Shown here piece after piece: positions 6,468 to 9,056 of a stretch of DNA of 9,056 bases. Both the position numbers and the translations under genes were made by a program. Position 1 is the first letter of the stretch; each line of letters begins with the position of its first letter. Source of the DNA: a virus (lineage: Duplodnaviria > Heunggongvirae > Uroviricota > Caudoviricetes); the IMG/VR virus record IMGVR_UViG_3300029473_000092. One strand, 5' to 3'. The notes beneath the pieces are model-generated. The model was not told the DNA's origin and ran no database searches. It saw only the letters and a program-made list of their open reading frames with translations.

Positions 6468-7323
6468 TTTTTCTGGCGGGAGAACATCCGCATATCTTGT
6501 TCACCTGATGGAAGAACAAAGAAAGGCTGGCAATAACGTCTGCTACATCTTTATGGATACCGGTTGCGAACATCCGCTGACATACCGCTTTATTCGGGAG
6601 GTTGTGAAGTTCTGGGGCATACCACTAACTGTGTTGCAGGTCGATATCAATCCTGAGCTTGGGCAGCCAAATGGTTATACAGAATGGGAGCCAAAGGATA
6701 TTCAGACGCGAATGCCGGTACTTAAACCGTTTATGGACATGGTTAAAAAGTACGGCACGCCATACATCGGTGGCGCGTTCTGTACTGACAGGCTAAAACT
6801 CATCCCTTTCACGAAATACTGCGATAACCATTTCGGGCGAGGTAATTACATCACATGGCTGGGTATTCGTGCAGACGAACCCCGTAGGCTGAAACCGAAA
6901 TCGGGCATCCGGTATCTTGCCGAACTGTCAGATTTTGATAAGTCGGATGTTATCCGGTGGTGGCGAAAACAACCTTTTGATTTGCAAATCCCGGAGCATC
7001 TCGGGAACTGTGTTTTCTGCATCAAAAAGTCAACGCAAAAGCTGGGGCTTGCATGTAAAGACGAACCTGGTCTGATGCGAGTTTTTAATGAGCTGGTTAC
7101 AGGCAAACACGTCAGGGATGGTCATCGCAGAACAGGTAAAGACGTTATGTACCGTGGTCACCTGACGCTTGACGGAATTGCCAGAATGTCTGCCAACAGC
7201 GACTACAGAAATTTGTATCAGGCGATGGTACAGGCCAGGCGATTCGATACCGGCTCGTGTTCAGAGTCATGTGAAATCTGGGGTGATCAATTGGAATTGA
7301 AATTCGAAGAGGTAGGGGTATGA
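6445..7323 (+). CDS. PP-loop ATP-pyrophosphatase-fold protein, PAPS-reductase-like / DndC-like family (phage type)
   Basis: N-terminal PP-loop SFSGGRTS nine residues after the proposed ATG at 6445. Arg-rich segment LGIRADEPRR and several Cys pairs (CVFC, CSESC) are consistent with PAPS-reductase-like enzymes. Overlaps the yfdR-like gene by 23 nt. The track's GTG at 6301 would overlap yfdR extensively and is rejected. Confidence 0.75.
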   Translation: MCITHVVSFSGGRTSAYLVHLMEEQRKAGNNVCYIFMDTGCEHPLTYRFIREVVKFWGIPLTVLQVDINPELGQPNGYTEWEPKDIQTRMPVLKPFMDMVKKYGTPYIGGAFCTDRLKLIPFTKYCDNHFGRGNYITWLGIRADEPRRLKPKSGIRYLAELSDFDKSDVIRWWRKQPFDLQIPEHLGNCVFCIKKSTQKLGLACKDEPGLMRVFNELVTGKHVRDGHRRTGKDVMYRGHLTLDGIARMSANSDYRNLYQAMVQARRFDTGSCSESCEIWGDQLELKFEEVGV

Positions 7324-7667
7324 CAAACGAAATTAACTACCATGCACTGCTTGAGCGCGCACGGAATAAAGTGCAGAGCATTGAGTTCGCCTTAACACAG
7401 AGTGCATTCGCTGAGATTCGCGCTGAGCTTGAAGATGATTTAGAACTGGCACGGATTGCACTGGCATCTCTGGAAGTTGAGCCAGATGAACGCGCAGCCT
7501 ATGAATTATTTATGGAAAAGCGTTTCGGTAAAACAGTCGATCGTCGGAGAGCAAAAAACGGTGATAACGAGTACATGGCGTGGGATATGGCTCTCGGCTG
7601 GGTCGTCTGGAAACAACGCGCTGGCATGAGTCTTTCAACTGCACAACCACAGGAGGGTCAACAATGA
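7320..7667 (+). CDS. Hypothetical phage protein (115 aa), acidic and helical-looking
   Basis: ATG overlaps the upstream stop (ATGA at 7320-7323) and its stop overlaps the xis-like start (ATGA at 7664-7667). No recognisable motif. Confidence 0.6.
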   Translation: MTNEINYHALLERARNKVQSIEFALTQSAFAEIRAELEDDLELARIALASLEVEPDERAAYELFMEKRFGKTVDRRRAKNGDNEYMAWDMALGWVVWKQRAGMSLSTAQPQEGQQ

Positions 7668-7858
7668 ACAACTTAATGACAACAAAACAAGTCGCCGAAT
7701 TCTGTGGCGTTTCAATATCGACGGTGCTTCGCTGGAACAGTGTAAACCGGAGGACTGGTCAGAAATATCGGCCTGATTTTCCAGATCCTGATATTAAATC
7801 CTGCCCAAATAAATGGGCATCACGTAAGATATACAGGTTTGCAGGAGTAATTGAGTAA
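7664..7858 (+). CDS. Excisionase / AlpA-like winged-helix recombination directionality factor (Xis/TorI-like)
   Basis: 64 aa. ATG at 7664 with AGGAGGG 7-13 nt upstream. Motif TTKQVAEFCGVSISTVLRWN resembles the Xis/AlpA pattern (…S..TV.RW). Sits at the operon end next to a terminator, as TorI sits at the KplE1 end. The track's upstream start at 7580 is rejected. Confidence 0.7.
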   Translation: MNNLMTTKQVAEFCGVSISTVLRWNSVNRRTGQKYRPDFPDPDIKSCPNKWASRKIYRFAGVIE

Positions 7859-7916
7859 CAAACATTAGCTCAAATGTGAGCTGGCACATCTATGGCACAA
7901 GCCAAACAGATCTGAC

Positions 7917-7958
7917 TGTCTGCTCTGTATCAAGAGCAGACAAGCTATTTATTTTTTT
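7917..7958 (+). terminator. Intrinsic terminator downstream of the xis-like gene
   Basis: 10-bp perfect stem TGTCTGCTCT/AGAGCAGACA (7917-7926 with 7933-7942), 6-nt loop, then a T-rich run (TATTTATTTTTTT, 7946-7958). Confidence 0.6.
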
Positions 7959-8143
7959 ACATGAAAATGCGCGCTCTTTGGACGTTAGGGTTATTCTATC
8001 CAGAGCCAGCAGCACCTCTTAGCCAAGTACATAATTGCAGGCACAATCCGGCATCGATGTGCAGCTCCGGTCGCTGAACTGCTGGAAAACCCTTCCGTTC
8101 ATAAGCCAGTCTCGATACGTGGCAACAGTATCATTGATACAAT

Positions 8144-8950
8144 TTATTTTAATTTTCCCGTACCTCGAAGAAGTGATAGGTATTGATCAGTGGCAAGTAA
8201 TGGTAGATTATTCTCTTGGCTAGAGTCGATATCTCTAATTAAAATTGTACGGTTTTTTATGCTGAACTTGTATTTAGCCTCCAGCATTGCCCAAAACATT
8301 CTTTTATTTAATCTTGATAGTCTTATAAAATTTACAAGACCTTCAAGGCTCATAACTAAAACTTTCGCCCCTTTTGACTCTTTAAGGTTGCTAATTTCGT
8401 TATAAATCTTTTCAGCACCTTCTTTCTCTAAAACAAGATCTGAAATTATCACTAAATGATAAATACCCTTTCTGCGCTTTATTAAGCATTCCCTCCCGTC
8501 ATAATTAATAACCACATCATTATTTAGAATTGGGATAACGCCTTTAACCTGATCGATCCCTTGCAATGCTTTTTTCTTATACATGCTACAAAGCTTTTCA
8601 TGAGATTTCAAACCCATTTCAATCAAAGATGATGCTTTAGACTGTATAGATAATACATAGTCATTTTCTACAATAAGAATATCAACTAGTTCTCTTTTTT
8701 TATTACCCTCAATAATATCTGGAGAAAAAAACACTTCCTCCGGTGAAAAGACCTGCCGCAAAGCATGGTATATAAGAGCTTCCTGCTCATATCCCTCAGA
8801 GCCGTTTTCACTGACGCTAAATTCATATGTTAATACGGTATCGTTTGGTTCATGAACACTTGCTAGGTAAGATTTTTTATCGATTACACTTAGTGGCAGA
8901 CTAATTATTTTCTCGTTACCAGTCAAAGCATTGTTGCAGAATTCATCCAT
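8144..8950 (-). CDS. AT-rich orphan ORF, 268 aa, unknown function (candidate horizontally acquired defence, abortive-infection or toxin cargo)
   Basis: Clean ORF with ATG at 8950, AGGGAAGG 8-15 nt upstream and an in-frame stop 36 nt upstream. GC content is visibly far lower than the roughly 50% of flanking sequence, and the drop is confined to the ORF. Lys/Ile/Asn/Glu-rich. Contains PD…D…E…QSK (SPDIIEGNKKRELVDILIVENDYVLSIQSK) and RRKGIYH segments, weakly reminiscent of PD-(D/E)xK nuclease and HEPN motifs respectively; neither is reliable by eye. Confidence 0.65.
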   Translation of the reverse strand: MDEFCNNALTGNEKIISLPLSVIDKKSYLASVHEPNDTVLTYEFSVSENGSEGYEQEALIYHALRQVFSPEEVFFSPDIIEGNKKRELVDILIVENDYVLSIQSKASSLIEMGLKSHEKLCSMYKKKALQGIDQVKGVIPILNNDVVINYDGRECLIKRRKGIYHLVIISDLVLEKEGAEKIYNEISNLKESKGAKVLVMSLEGLVNFIRLSRLNKRMFWAMLEAKYKFSIKNRTILIRDIDSSQENNLPLLATDQYLSLLRGTGKLK

Positions 8951-9056
8951 TGCTTCATTACCTTCCCTGGTGATGCTGCCAACTTACTGATTTAGTGTAT
9001 GATGGTGTTTTTGAGGTGCTCCAGTGGCTTCTGTTTCTATCAGCTGTCCCTCCTGT

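Noticed and set aside
4436-7106. Minus-strand ORFs 4436..4804, 5434..5679, 6185..6394 and 6846..7106
   Set aside because: Antisense to the supported plus-strand operon genes; no independent support.
4353-7858. ORF-track N-terminal extensions of yfdP-like (TTG 4353), yfdR-like (GTG 5892), PAPS-reductase-like (GTG 6301) and xis-like (7580)
   Set aside because: These upstream starts overlap neighbouring genes or RNA structures and lack an SD. Internal ATGs at 4539, 5919, 6445 and 7664 have good SDs and give products of the expected family lengths.
7980-8080. Possible tRNA-derived att fragment (CCTCTTAG…TAATTGCAGG) resembling parts of a tRNA-Arg gene
   Set aside because: The two matching segments are not collinear with a tRNA, and my recollection of the tRNA sequence is unreliable. 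No cloverleaf or GGTTCGA-type T-arm is present. Not supportable without a search.
8035-8405. Plus-strand ORFs 8035..8223 and 8190..8405
   Set aside because: They overlap the AT-rich minus-strand gene in antisense; the AT-rich composition makes such frames arise easily.
1-9056. CRISPR arrays, rRNA or tRNA genes, IS elements or transposase genes
   Set aside because: No regularly spaced identical repeats with unique spacers, no tRNA- or rRNA-like sequence, and no transposase-like ORF or terminal inverted repeats were found.

Overview
This window reads as the immunity, replication and early-left region of a lambdoid prophage of the enterobacterial KplE1/CPS-53 type, ending in an AT-rich cargo gene. 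All calls rest on reading the sequence and on remembered protein families; no searches were run. Minus strand, 5' to 3' from about 3026 down to 1: a Cro-like HTH gene, a CII/YdaT-like gene, a 383-codon ORF carrying a Rha domain, a 74-aa ORF, an O-like replication initiator with five iteron-like repeats inside its coding sequence, and the first codons of a further gene. These are chained by ATGA stop/start overlaps. Plus strand from 3124: an autocleavable CI/LexA-like repressor, a terminator, then about 700 bp with no convincing gene that holds a DicF-like terminator hairpin and an 18-bp perfect inverted repeat. After that comes a tightly packed operon: YfdP-like, YfdQ-like, HD-domain YfdR-like, a PP-loop PAPS-reductase-like protein, a 115-aa hypothetical and an excisionase-like protein, followed by a strong terminator. 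No integrase is present, which fits an xis-at-one-end, int-at-the-other arrangement. The last feature (8144..8950, minus) is a conspicuously AT-rich 268-aa ORF I cannot place in any family; it is my best candidate for an undescribed accessory or defence function. The PP-loop/HD operon and the Rha-domain fusion are secondary candidates. No rRNA, tRNA, CRISPR array or transposase was seen.
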